37,872 bases of DNA from Candidatus Omnitrophota bacterium. GTDB taxonomy: Bacteria; Omnitrophota; Gorgyraeia; Zapsychrales; Fredricksoniimonadaceae. Both the position numbers and the translations under genes were made by a program. Of this stretch, positions 27,155-37,872 are shown in pieces (the first letter of the stretch is position 1; the number at the start of each line of letters is the position of its first letter). Under the pieces are notes generated by a model. The model did no database searches and was not told where the DNA came from. It worked only from the letters and a program-made list of their open reading frames with translations. Location of the stretch: contig JAZDPD010000034.1 in the NCBI GenBank assembly GCA_043798045.1, forward strand, positions 1 to 37,872. The letters are read 5' to 3'.

Positions 27155-27505
27155 TCATTGCTGTGATGAAAATGCCAACGTCATCACCTTGCCCAGGAAA
27201 CCCTGTCCCTGCTCCATCCCTGCACCGATCACATCCATCGGCCCCTGGGACTCAACCTCCAGCACACGATTCTTACTGGCAAACTGATAAGTGCTTTCCT
27301 TATTCAAAAGCTCACGGCCAATATGATCCGAAGACTTCAAACGTAAAATATCATTATGAACCACTGCATTATGCTCCGCGAGTTTCTCAATGCGCACTTC
27401 TTTCTTTTTCCCCTGATACGCCAAAGCATAAATATTCATTTGCAGATGGATATATAAAATGGCCATAATTGTTACAACTGCCATGCTTTTAAGAAAATTC
27501 ACCAT
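27155..27505 (-). CDS. ftsL: Cell division protein FtsL-like.
   Basis: 116 aa with a single TM helix (AVVTIMAILYIHLQMNIYALA) followed by a coiled-coil-like segment. Position is between rsmH and ftsI. Confidence 0.7.
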   Translation of the reverse strand: MVNFLKSMAVVTIMAILYIHLQMNIYALAYQGKKKEVRIEKLAEHNAVVHNDILRLKSSDHIGRELLNKESTYQFASKNRVLEVESQGPMDVIGAGMEQGQGFLGKVMTLAFSSQQ

Positions 27506-28407
27506 TATGCTACTGCCCTTTCCAATGCCCTCAATTTTGCGCTACGGGCACGCGGATTGTCCGCAGCCTCTGTTTCTGCCGGTATTAATGGTTTCTTGGT
27601 CATAAGTACAGCGTCACCCTGACGTGACAAGGTTTTAAATGCGGCCTTCACAATCCTGTCCTCAAGCGAATGAAAGGAAATAACCGCCATACGCCCTCCG
27701 GGCTTTAACGATGAAAAAGCCAGCGCCAATGCCTCAGGCAAAACATCAAGTTCACGGTTAACCGCAATGCGCAACGCCTGAAATGTCCGTGTGGCCGGAT
27801 GAAGCCTGTCACGCTGGTAACCACGGGGCAATGACCGAAGGACAATATCCGCCAGCCGGGTTGTTGTGGCTATCCTTTCGCCCGCCCTTGCCGCCACCAA
27901 ATGCCGCGCGATCCTTCGCGCAAAACGTTCTTCACCATATTGAAAGATCAAATCCGCCAATTCCTTCTCGGATGCATCATTCACAATATCTTCAGCGGTG
28001 ACAGCCCCCTGCACATCCATGCGCATATCCAAAGGACCTTCGGCTCGAAAACTGAATCCCCTTTCCGGTGAATCAAACTGCATGCTGGATACGCCAAGGT
28101 CAAAGAGAACCGCATCAACGGACGCTACCCCTAAACCCAAAAGCACTTCGTTGATCCTGCAAAAATTGCTTTTAACGATATCAAGCCGCCCCGTAAAATC
28201 CTGCAAGCGACTTTTCGCGATCATAATGGCCGCTTCATCCTGATCTATCCCGATCAAATGCCCCTGAGGTCCAATCTTTTCCGCCATCAAAAGTGAATGC
28301 CCGCCCAACCCTAAAGTGGCATCCACGACCACTGATCCCGGCCGCAATGCCAACGCTTCATCCACTTCCAACGGCATCACGGAAACATGCTGCACAACAT
28401 CACCCAT
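27505..28407 (-). CDS. rsmH: 16S rRNA (cytosine1402-N4)-methyltransferase.
   Basis: HVSVM..EV, DATLGLGGHS, FDLGVSS.Q.D...RGFSF, SFHSLEDR.VK and NPRARSAKLR. Confidence 0.95.
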   Translation of the reverse strand: MGDVVQHVSVMPLEVDEALALRPGSVVVDATLGLGGHSLLMAEKIGPQGHLIGIDQDEAAIMIAKSRLQDFTGRLDIVKSNFCRINEVLLGLGVASVDAVLFDLGVSSMQFDSPERGFSFRAEGPLDMRMDVQGAVTAEDIVNDASEKELADLIFQYGEERFARRIARHLVAARAGERIATTTRLADIVLRSLPRGYQRDRLHPATRTFQALRIAVNRELDVLPEALALAFSSLKPGGRMAVISFHSLEDRIVKAAFKTLSRQGDAVLMTKKPLIPAETEAADNPRARSAKLRALERAVA

Positions 28408-28429
28408 AGGACATCAACCCTTCACATGC

Positions 28430-28717
28430 TCATAACAACGCCAAATCACCTGAGGCCGCGACAAAACTCGGAATCTTACGCTCCATCACCGCCTGTTCAA
28501 AACCTTCCCAGACAATGTTGTGCTCCTCGACATTCGTTACTTCTTCCCAGTTACCTTTAATACCATTACGCACATAAACCTTCTGCCGCTCCTTGAACAC
28601 CAAGAAAATCCTCGGACGCCCTGTCTGCTCTTCCTGTGTCGAACAAAAGACACACGCGCAGTGCGGCAGCTCGACCATGTGCTTGAAGATCAGTCTTTGT
28701 TGTGTGTAGGTGGTCAT
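28430..28717 (-). CDS. Hypothetical 95-aa protein inserted between mraZ and rsmH.
   Basis: Strong SD (GGGAGGTG, 5 nt before the ATG). It has a CxCxxC cluster (HCACVFC). No family recognised. Confidence 0.55.
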   Translation of the reverse strand: MTTYTQQRLIFKHMVELPHCACVFCSTQEEQTGRPRIFLVFKERQKVYVRNGIKGNWEEVTNVEEHNIVWEGFEQAVMERKIPSFVAASGDLALL

Positions 28718-28750
28718 GCTTCACCTCCCGGAAATTAGGTTAATCGAAAG

Positions 28751-29188
28751 CTACAGGCTTAAAATATTTTCCGCTGTCTGCTCAAACAGCTTGCTTGACT
28801 TGTTGAAATACTCCTGCCAGCGCTCATGATCCCAAATCTCGATACGGTTTGAAACACCGATAATCACACTCTTTTCCTTAATACCTGCAAAATCCTTCAA
28901 ATATTGGGGAATGATAAACCGACCCTGCTTGTCCGGCATAACATCCACCGCACCTGCAAAGAACATACGGTTAAATGTACGCGAATCCTGTTTAGTAAAA
29001 GGAATTTCACGGAACTTCTGTTCATACTGCTTCCATTCGGCTTCCGCAAACATAAACACACACGCCTCAAGCCCGCGTGTCACAAAAAACCTGGAAATGC
29101 TGTTATGCTCGGCAACCTCACGGAATCTCGCCGGCAGGATCAGCCTGCCTTTGGTATCCAGATTATGGGTGTATTCGCCGTAAAACAT
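28751..29188 (-). CDS. mraZ: Transcriptional regulator MraZ.
   Basis: Duplicated SpoVT/AbrB-like halves: DTKGRLILPARFRE and DKQGRFIIPQYLK. It is the first gene of the dcw cluster. Confidence 0.95.
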   Translation of the reverse strand: MFYGEYTHNLDTKGRLILPARFREVAEHNSISRFFVTRGLEACVFMFAEAEWKQYEQKFREIPFTKQDSRTFNRMFFAGAVDVMPDKQGRFIIPQYLKDFAGIKEKSVIIGVSNRIEIWDHERWQEYFNKSSKLFEQTAENILSL

Positions 29189-29221
29189 TTCCGCCCCTTT
29201 TACTCTTTGCTGTCAGTTAAA

Positions 29222-29247
29222 CCACTTTGCTCCACTTTCCTCCACCG
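29222..29247 (-). promoter_or_regulatory. Candidate MraZ operator: three direct (A)AAGTGG boxes with a 10-nt period.
   Basis: The minus strand reads cGGTGGAGGAAAGTGGAGCAAAGTGGttt. On the plus strand, CCAC cores lie at 29242-29245, 29232-29235 and 29222-29225. The boxes sit just downstream of the predicted -10 and about 35 nt upstream of the mraZ ATG. Confidence 0.5.
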
Positions 29248-29256
29248 ACATTGACA

Positions 29257-29285
29257 AGTATAGTAGTGCACGATAGGCGTGTCAA
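29257..29285 (-). promoter_or_regulatory. Sigma70-type promoter of the mraZ/dcw operon.
   Basis: Minus strand: TTGACA (29285-29280), a 17-nt spacer and TATACT (29262-29257). An A/T-rich tract lies upstream. Confidence 0.65.
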
Positions 29286-29390
29286 CAGATAAAAAGAGCT
29301 TTTCACCCATTTTTATAGCCCCCTGGATTATTTCTATTTGTCGTCGGAGAATCAAAAACTCACAGGCTGTGCGGTCCAATGCCGGGGGCA

Positions 29391-29417
29391 TAAAAAAGCC
29401 CCCTAAGAAGGGGGCTT
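29391..29417 (-). terminator. Rho-independent terminator downstream of ribF.
   Basis: Minus strand: AAGCCCCCT-TCTT-AGGGGGCTT followed by a T run (GGGGGCTTTTTTA). The stem pairs 29396-29404 with 29409-29417. Confidence 0.8.
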
Positions 29418-29530
29418 GGCTTATTAGCATGGCCTGATCAACTCACTCCACCTGATCAATCCAGGCAAACAGAACAAATATAAAACACAACGGAAGGGGG
29501 AAGGGAAAAATAGAACCCGGCCATGATACG

Positions 29531-30496
29531 TTATTGAATACGACTAAAAAAACGTCGGGCACTTTGCACATCGCGTGCAATCTGTTGGGTCAATGCTTTC
29601 TCGTCGAGAAACAACCTGTCGTCACGCTCCTTCTTCAAGAACTCCATGAGGATCCTTTGCCCGTAAAGACGTGCATCACAATCCAGCAAATGAAGCTCGT
29701 AAACCACCGGCGCATCCGGACTTTTAAAGGTCGGTTTATGCCCCACATAACAAAGCCCCTGCAATGTCTTTGAGCACATCCGGACGCTGCCATCAAGGCA
29801 CCTGGCATGAACAAAATAAATTCCGGACGGAAGAATAACAACGTTTTCTTTCTTGAAGTTTGCCGTTCGATACCCCAGCTTGCGTCCGCGCCCCTCACCA
29901 TGCTCAATCACTCCAAGAAAGTCATACCGACGGCCCAAAAAAGACTTCAACTGTCTAAAATCAGCAGCACATACTAATTTTTTTATATAAGTAGATTTTA
30001 TATTTATATTATTCTTTTTTAATAGCTTTATAGTTTCAACTGAAAATCCATTCATCCGGCCAAAATCATTCAATAATGCCAGGGTCCCGGAACGCTGACG
30101 TCCAAAGTGAAAATCACTTCCCAGAATAATTTTCCTGACCCCCAGCTGCCCCAGCAACAGGTCCTGGATAAACTCCGCAGGATCCTGGGCCGCAAATGCT
30201 TCACTGAAAGCAATCACAACACACGCATCAACACCCAGCGCCTCAATAAGCTGCAACCGGCGCTCGATGGTTGTGATATAAGAAAAATCCCTGCACGGAG
30301 CAAGGACCTTGACAGGGTGCGGATCAAATGTGACAACCACCGACGGAAGCCGAAGCCTTTTGGCCTCGGCAACAGCACGTAAAATGACCTTCTGGTGCCC
30401 GCGATGCACACCATCAAAGACCCCGACAGCAACCACAGACCCCTTGAATTTACACGCCGTATCGCCAGGCGCGCAGATGCGTTTCATTAACATCAT
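29531..30496 (-). CDS. ribF: Bifunctional riboflavin kinase / FMN adenylyltransferase.
   Basis: VAVGVFDGVHRGHQ (HxGH), GSDFHFG and GEGRGRKLGYRTAN. The start is placed at the MMLMKRI cluster (ATGs at 30494-30496, 30491-30493 and 30485-30487). The longer track ORF overlaps truB out of frame. Confidence 0.92.
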   Translation of the reverse strand: MMLMKRICAPGDTACKFKGSVVAVGVFDGVHRGHQKVILRAVAEAKRLRLPSVVVTFDPHPVKVLAPCRDFSYITTIERRLQLIEALGVDACVVIAFSEAFAAQDPAEFIQDLLLGQLGVRKIILGSDFHFGRQRSGTLALLNDFGRMNGFSVETIKLLKKNNINIKSTYIKKLVCAADFRQLKSFLGRRYDFLGVIEHGEGRGRKLGYRTANFKKENVVILPSGIYFVHARCLDGSVRMCSKTLQGLCYVGHKPTFKSPDAPVVYELHLLDCDARLYGQRILMEFLKKERDDRLFLDEKALTQQIARDVQSARRFFSRIQ

Positions 30497-31118
30497 CCAA
30501 CCTAACAGCTTCCTGTATCGTGAACGGGCCGACTTTGGTGCGCCGGATATCGGTGATACATGCGCCGCACCCCAAATCCTCTCCCACATCCTCGGCCACC
30601 TGCCGCACATACGTCCCCTTGGAACAATCAAGATGAAACGCCACCAAAGGCGGCTCAAAAGAAAGAAGGTCGAGCACATCGATCCTCACCTGCCGTGCAG
30701 GTCTATCGACGGAAATTCCCTGACGTGCAAGCTTGTAAAGACGCTCCCCCTTATGCTTGACCGCTGAAACCATGGGCGGCACCTGGTCAATCGTACCGGT
30801 GAATTTCTTAAATGATGCCTCCACCATCTCACGCGTAATCCCCTCAAAAGGACGCTCCATAAGCACATCCCCCTGAATGTCCGCACTGTGCGTTTTAAGC
30901 CCCAGCTTCAACGTAGCCCCATAGCCCTTGTCAAAAGCAACAAACTTATCGAACAACCGCGTTGAAGCCCCTACCAGGATCACAAGAACGCCCGTTGCCA
31001 AAGGATCTAGTGTCCCGGCATGCCCGACACGCTTCTGTTTTAATTTACGGCGGATAATAGCCACCACATCATGCGATGTCATCCCCGATGGCTTATCAAC
31101 AACGATGATCCCGTCCAT
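30450..31118 (-). CDS. truB: tRNA pseudouridine(55) synthase.
   Basis: GIIVVDKPSGMTSHDVV, GHAGTLDPLATGVL and KGTYVR. The ATG at 31116-31118 forms an ATGA overlap with the upstream stop. Confidence 0.95.
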   Translation of the reverse strand: MDGIIVVDKPSGMTSHDVVAIIRRKLKQKRVGHAGTLDPLATGVLVILVGASTRLFDKFVAFDKGYGATLKLGLKTHSADIQGDVLMERPFEGITREMVEASFKKFTGTIDQVPPMVSAVKHKGERLYKLARQGISVDRPARQVRIDVLDLLSFEPPLVAFHLDCSKGTYVRQVAEDVGEDLGCGACITDIRRTKVGPFTIQEAVRLDDVNETHLRAWRYGV

Positions 31119-32077
31119 CACAACTCCTTTGCCATAGCCGCCAGCACACACGCCTTGGCCTTGCCCAAAGGCAGCTTCACAAAACCACCGCTGGCTTTCT
31201 TGTGTCCGCCCCCGTTGAATTTCGACGCGAACCTTGCCACATCCACAACCCCGCGGCTGCGCAGATTCAACCGTGTTATTTTCTTGTCCTGCTGGGCAAG
31301 GATCATGATAACCTCAAGCCCCTTCACAGCACGCAGGAAAGAAAACACCTTGTCCTTAAGATCAAAATTACTGGAAAACCGCTTCGCCTGCTTAAGTGAT
31401 ATGGTCAAACATGCGATTCTTTCATCAGCATGCAATGTGACCATATTCATAAGTGCCAAAAACGGTTTTAAATCCGTCCTGGGGAGCGTTTCATAAACCT
31501 GACGATAAAGATCGCTCACCGAAAACCCAAGCTTCAGCAAATCCGCAATAACCCGGTGAGTATGGGAACTGGTGCTGTCAAAACCAAATGAACCCGTATC
31601 TGTTAAAATACCCAGGTAAAGAAGGACCGCCATATCGCGTGTGAATTTACAACGGGCCGCCTTCAAAAGATCGTAAAGGATCTCCGAAGTCGATGACTTG
31701 GCTGTCTGAACAAGGTTAAGGTCTCCAAACCTTGTGTTGGTCACATGATGATCAATATTAATGACTTTAACGCCAGGTGTCATGATGGCCGCCACAGCAC
31801 CAACACGCTCCTTGTCACCGCAATCCAGCACCACCACCACTTCAGGCTTGAAAACATCCTTGGCCTGAAAAGGTTCGCACAAGCCGCTCTCCGGCATAAA
31901 ATCCAGCCACTGCGGATGAGGACCATCGTTCATAAGCCTGACAGTCTTGCCGATTGACTTTAAATAAAGCGTCATTGCCACCGCGGACCCAAGGGCATCC
32001 GGATCCGGATTAACATGCATGGTAACAACAAACTTCCTGTACTTCCTAAGCGCCTGAATAATGGCACGGTTCATCAT
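31118..32077 (-). CDS. nrnA: DHH/DHHA1 phosphoesterase (NrnA-like oligoribonuclease / pAp phosphatase).
   Basis: HVNPDPDALGS, VVLDCGD, NIDHH and GGGHKKASG. Confidence 0.85.
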   Translation of the reverse strand: MMNRAIIQALRKYRKFVVTMHVNPDPDALGSAVAMTLYLKSIGKTVRLMNDGPHPQWLDFMPESGLCEPFQAKDVFKPEVVVVLDCGDKERVGAVAAIMTPGVKVINIDHHVTNTRFGDLNLVQTAKSSTSEILYDLLKAARCKFTRDMAVLLYLGILTDTGSFGFDSTSSHTHRVIADLLKLGFSVSDLYRQVYETLPRTDLKPFLALMNMVTLHADERIACLTISLKQAKRFSSNFDLKDKVFSFLRAVKGLEVIMILAQQDKKITRLNLRSRGVVDVARFASKFNGGGHKKASGGFVKLPLGKAKACVLAAMAKEL

Positions 32078-32487
32078 TCACCATCCTGTTTCTCGTCATC
32101 ACCTTCAGGCGTCTCCGGCAAGGGGTCTACCCCGCGCGCCACGCGTTCTTGCTGAAGATCATTGAAAATATTTGACAAATGCACACTGCGCACAATCGAA
32201 TCATCGTAAACAAATTTGACCTGGGGAATATGCCGCAAGGTTATCCGCTGCCCCATCAGGCGGCGCACCATGCCACTGGCTGAATCCAACCCCTGCTGAA
32301 CACTTTTAATATCCTCGGGTTTATCCGATAAGATACTGAAACCAATATGCGCCCAACTGAGGTCCTTGCTCACATCGGCAAAAGTAATCGTCACAAACTT
32401 AATGCGCGGATCCCTGATCTCACCTAAAAGGATCATGCCGCCAATCTCACGCTTGAACATCTGATTGATTTTATCCATCCGTTCCAT
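32074..32487 (-). CDS. rbfA: Ribosome-binding factor A.
   Basis: KINQMFKREIGGMI...IRDPRI.FVTIT..DVS.DL..A.I.FS with an acidic C-terminal tail. SD is GAGGTGAGG. Confidence 0.9.
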   Translation of the reverse strand: MERMDKINQMFKREIGGMILLGEIRDPRIKFVTITFADVSKDLSWAHIGFSILSDKPEDIKSVQQGLDSASGMVRRLMGQRITLRHIPQVKFVYDDSIVRSVHLSNIFNDLQQERVARGVDPLPETPEGDDEKQDGE

Positions 32488-32548
32488 AATACCTCACCTC
32501 GCTAATATACTGTTCCAGCCTGCGCCCAAAGCATACCAGAACAGCGCT

Positions 32549-33439
32549 TTATTGCCTAGCTCCCATGATTCTTTTCTTCGACGCGCACGGAATATTAAAT
32601 CCGGCCAACATTTCCTGAACTCTGGAAGGCGTCAATCCGCTCAGCAGCCCTGCCAGACGCTCTTCCCATCCCCCCGCACCTGCCTGGATCAGCTGCGCAC
32701 GAGCCTGTGCATGATACGGAATATATCGAACAGCATTCCAGGAAGCCAGGCAATCCAATGCCGGAACAGGATCCGGTTCTTCAAGGATGCGGCGAAACTC
32801 AAGAAAATACCGGGGCTGCGTGATCGACTTAAAAACATCCATCATAACCGCCTGGTCCAATAAATCCTGTGTTAGCGCATCAAGCTGAAACCCAAAACGC
32901 ACGGCGTAGCGCGCTGCACGCAAAATGCGTGTAGGATCATCAATAAAACTCGCGGCATGAAGCACGCGGATCAGCTTGGCCTGGAGATCCTTGAACCCAC
33001 CGGCTTGATCATACAAAACACCAAAATCCCCCGTATTAAGTCCGATAGCCATAGCATTGATCGTAAAATCCCTCCGCAGAATATCATCCTTCATCACAGA
33101 CGGCACAACATCAGGAAGGGCCCCACCTTTTGAATATGTTTCACGGCGCGCCGTAACCAGATCAACCACAAGCCCGCTTTTAAACACCAAGGTCGCTGTC
33201 CGGAATTTTTCGTGCGATGTCATCTGCGCATTGAATTGTTTGGCTAATTTCCGGGCTGTTTGAAACACATCCTCCTCAATCACAACATCCACATCCGTGC
33301 TAGCGACCCCCAGCAAAAGATCACGAACCATACCACCGACCAGGCAGGCACGTACCCCGCGGGAATCCGCAACCGCACCAGCAGCACGCAAGAAATCCCG
33401 AATACTCCCGGAGAGCAATGTCAAAGAAACTTTTTTCAT
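32549..33439 (-). CDS. cca: tRNA nucleotidyltransferase / poly(A) polymerase family protein (short, 296 aa).
   Basis: Head-domain motifs LVGGMVRDLLLG, DVDVV, RRDFTINAMA and DPTRILRAARY. Confidence 0.8.
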   Translation of the reverse strand: MKKVSLTLLSGSIRDFLRAAGAVADSRGVRACLVGGMVRDLLLGVASTDVDVVIEEDVFQTARKLAKQFNAQMTSHEKFRTATLVFKSGLVVDLVTARRETYSKGGALPDVVPSVMKDDILRRDFTINAMAIGLNTGDFGVLYDQAGGFKDLQAKLIRVLHAASFIDDPTRILRAARYAVRFGFQLDALTQDLLDQAVMMDVFKSITQPRYFLEFRRILEEPDPVPALDCLASWNAVRYIPYHAQARAQLIQAGAGGWEERLAGLLSGLTPSRVQEMLAGFNIPCASKKRIMGARQ

Positions 33440-34326
33440 TTAACCCCTTGGATGAAACTGTTGATGGACCGTACGCAACCTCTCTTTATCCACATGCGTA
33501 TAAATCTGAGTCGTTGAAATATCCGAATGCCCCAGCATCTCCTGAACACTGCGCAGATCCGCCCCATGTTCCAACAGATGCGTTGCAAAGGTATGCCGCA
33601 ATGTGTGCGGCTTGATCGTTTTCTTGATATGGGCCTTGCGTGCGTAGAACTTGATAATCTTCCACAGGCTCTGACGTGAAATCTTCTTGCCCTGCCGACT
33701 TACAAAAATCTCAGCCACCGACTTTCCTCCCAATAATTTCAAACGCGCCTTTGTCAAATATTTCTCAAGCGCTTCACGGGCTTTACCGCCGACAGGAATC
33801 AACCGTTCCTTACTGCCCTTACCCATGCACAACACAATACCCGTTTCCAGGTTCACATCCTCCAGACGCAGTGCCGCCAGTTCCGAAACACGCAACCCCG
33901 AAGCATAAAACAATTCCAGCACCGCGCAATCTCGAACGCTTTGTGCATCGCGCCCATTGGCCGCATTGATCATGGCCATAACTTCGACCTGGGTCAACAC
34001 ATCCGGAATACGTTTCCACAATTTTGGCGTATCAACAAGGCCCGTCGGATCTTCCTTCGCAAAAGACTCCCTCACCATAAAACGATGAAACATCCTTACC
34101 GCTGCCAGACTCCGGCAAATAGATGTCGCTGCCATTTTATCTTTCTTCTGCACCATCATATAAGCGCTGATATGATCATGCCCGATGGCATCCGGTGATT
34201 TTATCCCAACAACCTCCTGAAGATAAGAAACATACGCTGTCAAGTCCCTTTCATAAGCCATAAGGGTGTTCTTGGCAAGCCCCCGCTCAACAGACATATA
34301 ATTCAGGAATTCCGCAATCAATGCCT

Positions 34327-34330
<4 letters not shown>
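33440..34330 (-). CDS. xerD: Tyrosine recombinase XerD/XerC.
   Basis: N-terminal SAM-like domain (FLNYMSVERGLAKNTLMAYERDL) and catalytic HTLRHTFATHLLEHGADLRSVQEMLGHSDISTTQIYTH. XerD versus XerC cannot be settled by eye. Confidence 0.85.
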
Positions 34331-36851
<2,521 letters not shown>

Positions 36852-37133
36852 TTAATACCGTATTTCAAAAGTATCACCCATGGCCATAATTGCGCCTTGG
36901 CTTACATGCACATCGTAAATAATAAAATAAGACTTAAGCTTTTCAACCAACTCGGCGATCCGTGCCGCATCCCCCTGAACCCATAATTCAACCGACTCAT
37001 CCGGCAAATTCTTAACCCAGCCGCTTAGTCCAGTATCATGCGCCAAACGCTGGGTTGTAAAACGAAAACCCACTCCCTGCACCCGGCCGGTGAATATCAT
37101 ATGAACTGATTGTACTGAATTAGACGGCGCCAT
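36852..37133 (-). CDS. acyP: Acylphosphatase.
   Basis: FTGRVQGVGFRF and GWVKN motifs. The track start at 37160 is TTG; the ATG at 37131-37133 gives a typical length of 93 aa. Confidence 0.85.
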   Translation of the reverse strand: MAPSNSVQSVHMIFTGRVQGVGFRFTTQRLAHDTGLSGWVKNLPDESVELWVQGDAARIAELVEKLKSYFIIYDVHVSQGAIMAMGDTFEIRY

Positions 37134-37177
37134 AGCAATTCTATTATCAAAGGCGCTCAAGGAAAGGGACTGAATAA

Positions 37178-37254
37178 TGGTCGGGAGGGGGGGGCTTGAA
37201 CCCCCGACCTCAACGTCCCGAACGTTGCGCGCTAGCCAACTGCGCTACCCCCCG
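37178..37254 (-). tRNA. tRNA-Pro (anticodon CGG), with the CCA end encoded.
   Basis: Minus strand: CGGGGGG-TA-GCGC-AGTTGGCTA-GCGC-G-CAACG-TTCGGGA-CGTTG-AGGTC-GGGGG-TTCAAGC-CCCCC-CCTCCCG-A-CCA. All four stems pair (one G.U in the acceptor stem). C1-G72 and A73 are typical of bacterial tRNA-Pro. Confidence 0.93.
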
Positions 37255-37320
37255 AAAAAACACATTTTGAACAACCAACCTCAAAAAGGTGCGACATTGT
37301 AGCATCGAAGGTAAAAAGCG

Positions 37321-37755
37321 TCAAACTTCTTTAATACCAAAACCAATTTCAGCCTCAACCGCAATCTGGTCACCCACATACGCCTTACACTCAAGGAATC
37401 CTGCCTTGGCCATAAGTTTCACCGTCTTAACCTCAATGCGCAGCTGATCACCCGGCACAACAACACGGTGAAACTTCGCTGTTGTCTTGGCCAAATAATA
37501 AATCAGCTTCTTCCCCTGCATGTTTTTGGAGTAATAAAAATAAATGCACCCTGCCTGGGCCATAGCCTCGACCATCAGGACGCCGGGCATCACCTTCTCA
37601 TCCGGAAAATGCCCTTGGAACTGAGCCTCGTTGACCGACACATTCTTGATCGCCACCAATTTTTCATTAGGCACAAGTTCAATAACCCGATCAATCATTA
37701 AAAACGGGAAACGGTGCGGAATAATCTTCTGAATTTCCTGGGTATTCAATTCCAT
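37321..37755 (-). CDS. fabZ: 3-hydroxyacyl-ACP dehydratase.
   Basis: IPHRFPFLMIDRV, FQGHFP..PVMPGVL.VEAMAQ. SD is AAGGAG. Confidence 0.95.
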   Translation of the reverse strand: MELNTQEIQKIIPHRFPFLMIDRVIELVPNEKLVAIKNVSVNEAQFQGHFPDEKVMPGVLMVEAMAQAGCIYFYYSKNMQGKKLIYYLAKTTAKFHRVVVPGDQLRIEVKTVKLMAKAGFLECKAYVGDQIAVEAEIGFGIKEV

Positions 37756-37871
37756 ATTAGCTCCTTGATTTTAAGAAACTGCCCTGTAAATTCTAACAAT
37801 GTTCCCTTGTTTAAGGCTTTAGGCATACCGCAGCTGCGAGTTTGGAAAACAAGCTTTCCATAATGGTGTTT
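37746..37871 (-). CDS. 3' end (41 codons) of an unidentified upstream gene.
   Basis: A stop-free minus-strand frame enters from the window edge and ends at TGA (37746-37748), overlapping the fabZ start by 10 nt. It is too short to identify. Confidence 0.3.
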   Translation of the reverse strand, partial: KHHYGKLVFQTRSCGMPKALNKGTLLEFTGQFLKIKELIWN

Positions 37872-37872
37872 T

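Noticed and set aside
29200-29430. A 76-aa minus-strand ORF between ribF and mraZ.
   Set aside because: It starts inside the ribF terminator hairpin and runs across the dcw promoter and the repeat boxes, so it is almost certainly spurious.
30497-30679. The long N-terminal extension of the ribF ORF in the track. Similar extensions exist for queA (11935-11991), ftsW (20068-20139) and murD (21323-21361).
   Set aside because: The extensions overlap the preceding genes out of frame, have odd W/R/C-rich composition, and begin upstream of the conserved N-termini. Internal ATGs were preferred.

Overview
This 37.9-kb bacterial window is about 45-50% GC by eye, and almost every gene is on the minus strand. 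All calls come from reading the sequence and the ORF track; no database search was run. The fused MurC-Ddl and the gene content suggest an uncultivated PVC/Omnitrophota-like lineage (inference only).

Gene content, from the right edge to the left (the direction of transcription):
- A partial ORF, fabZ, tRNA-Pro(CGG) and an acylphosphatase.
- ligA, a lipoprotein, xerD-like and a cca-family gene.
- rbfA, nrnA-like, truB and ribF, followed by an intrinsic terminator.
- A near-consensus sigma70 promoter with three 10-bp-phased AAGTGG boxes, a candidate MraZ operator.
- A full dcw cluster: mraZ, an orphan ORF, rsmH, ftsL, ftsI, murE, murF, mraY, murD, ftsW, murG, an MA-type peptidase, the murC-ddl fusion, ftsQ and ftsA. 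No ftsZ or murB is present.
- One plus-strand small membrane ORF, then a CheY-like receiver and queA.
- A translationally coupled GGCT-like / HAD-IB / glycerol-1-phosphate-dehydrogenase-like trio.
- A 428-nt gap holding two strongly structured RNA candidates, then tgt.

Most unusual part: the left end holds an operon of two Sec-signal proteins. One is 1648 aa; the other is truncated by the window edge and is absent from the ORF track. They share an unrecognised N-terminal module of about 300 aa and then carry different enzymatic C-termini. The large one carries GHMP-kinase-like, HxGH nucleotidyltransferase and HAD-phosphatase domains.

A family of GC-rich palindromes is inserted in frame inside these two genes. 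A near-identical copy sits at the mraY/murD junction.

No CRISPR array, IS element, prophage or rRNA was seen.
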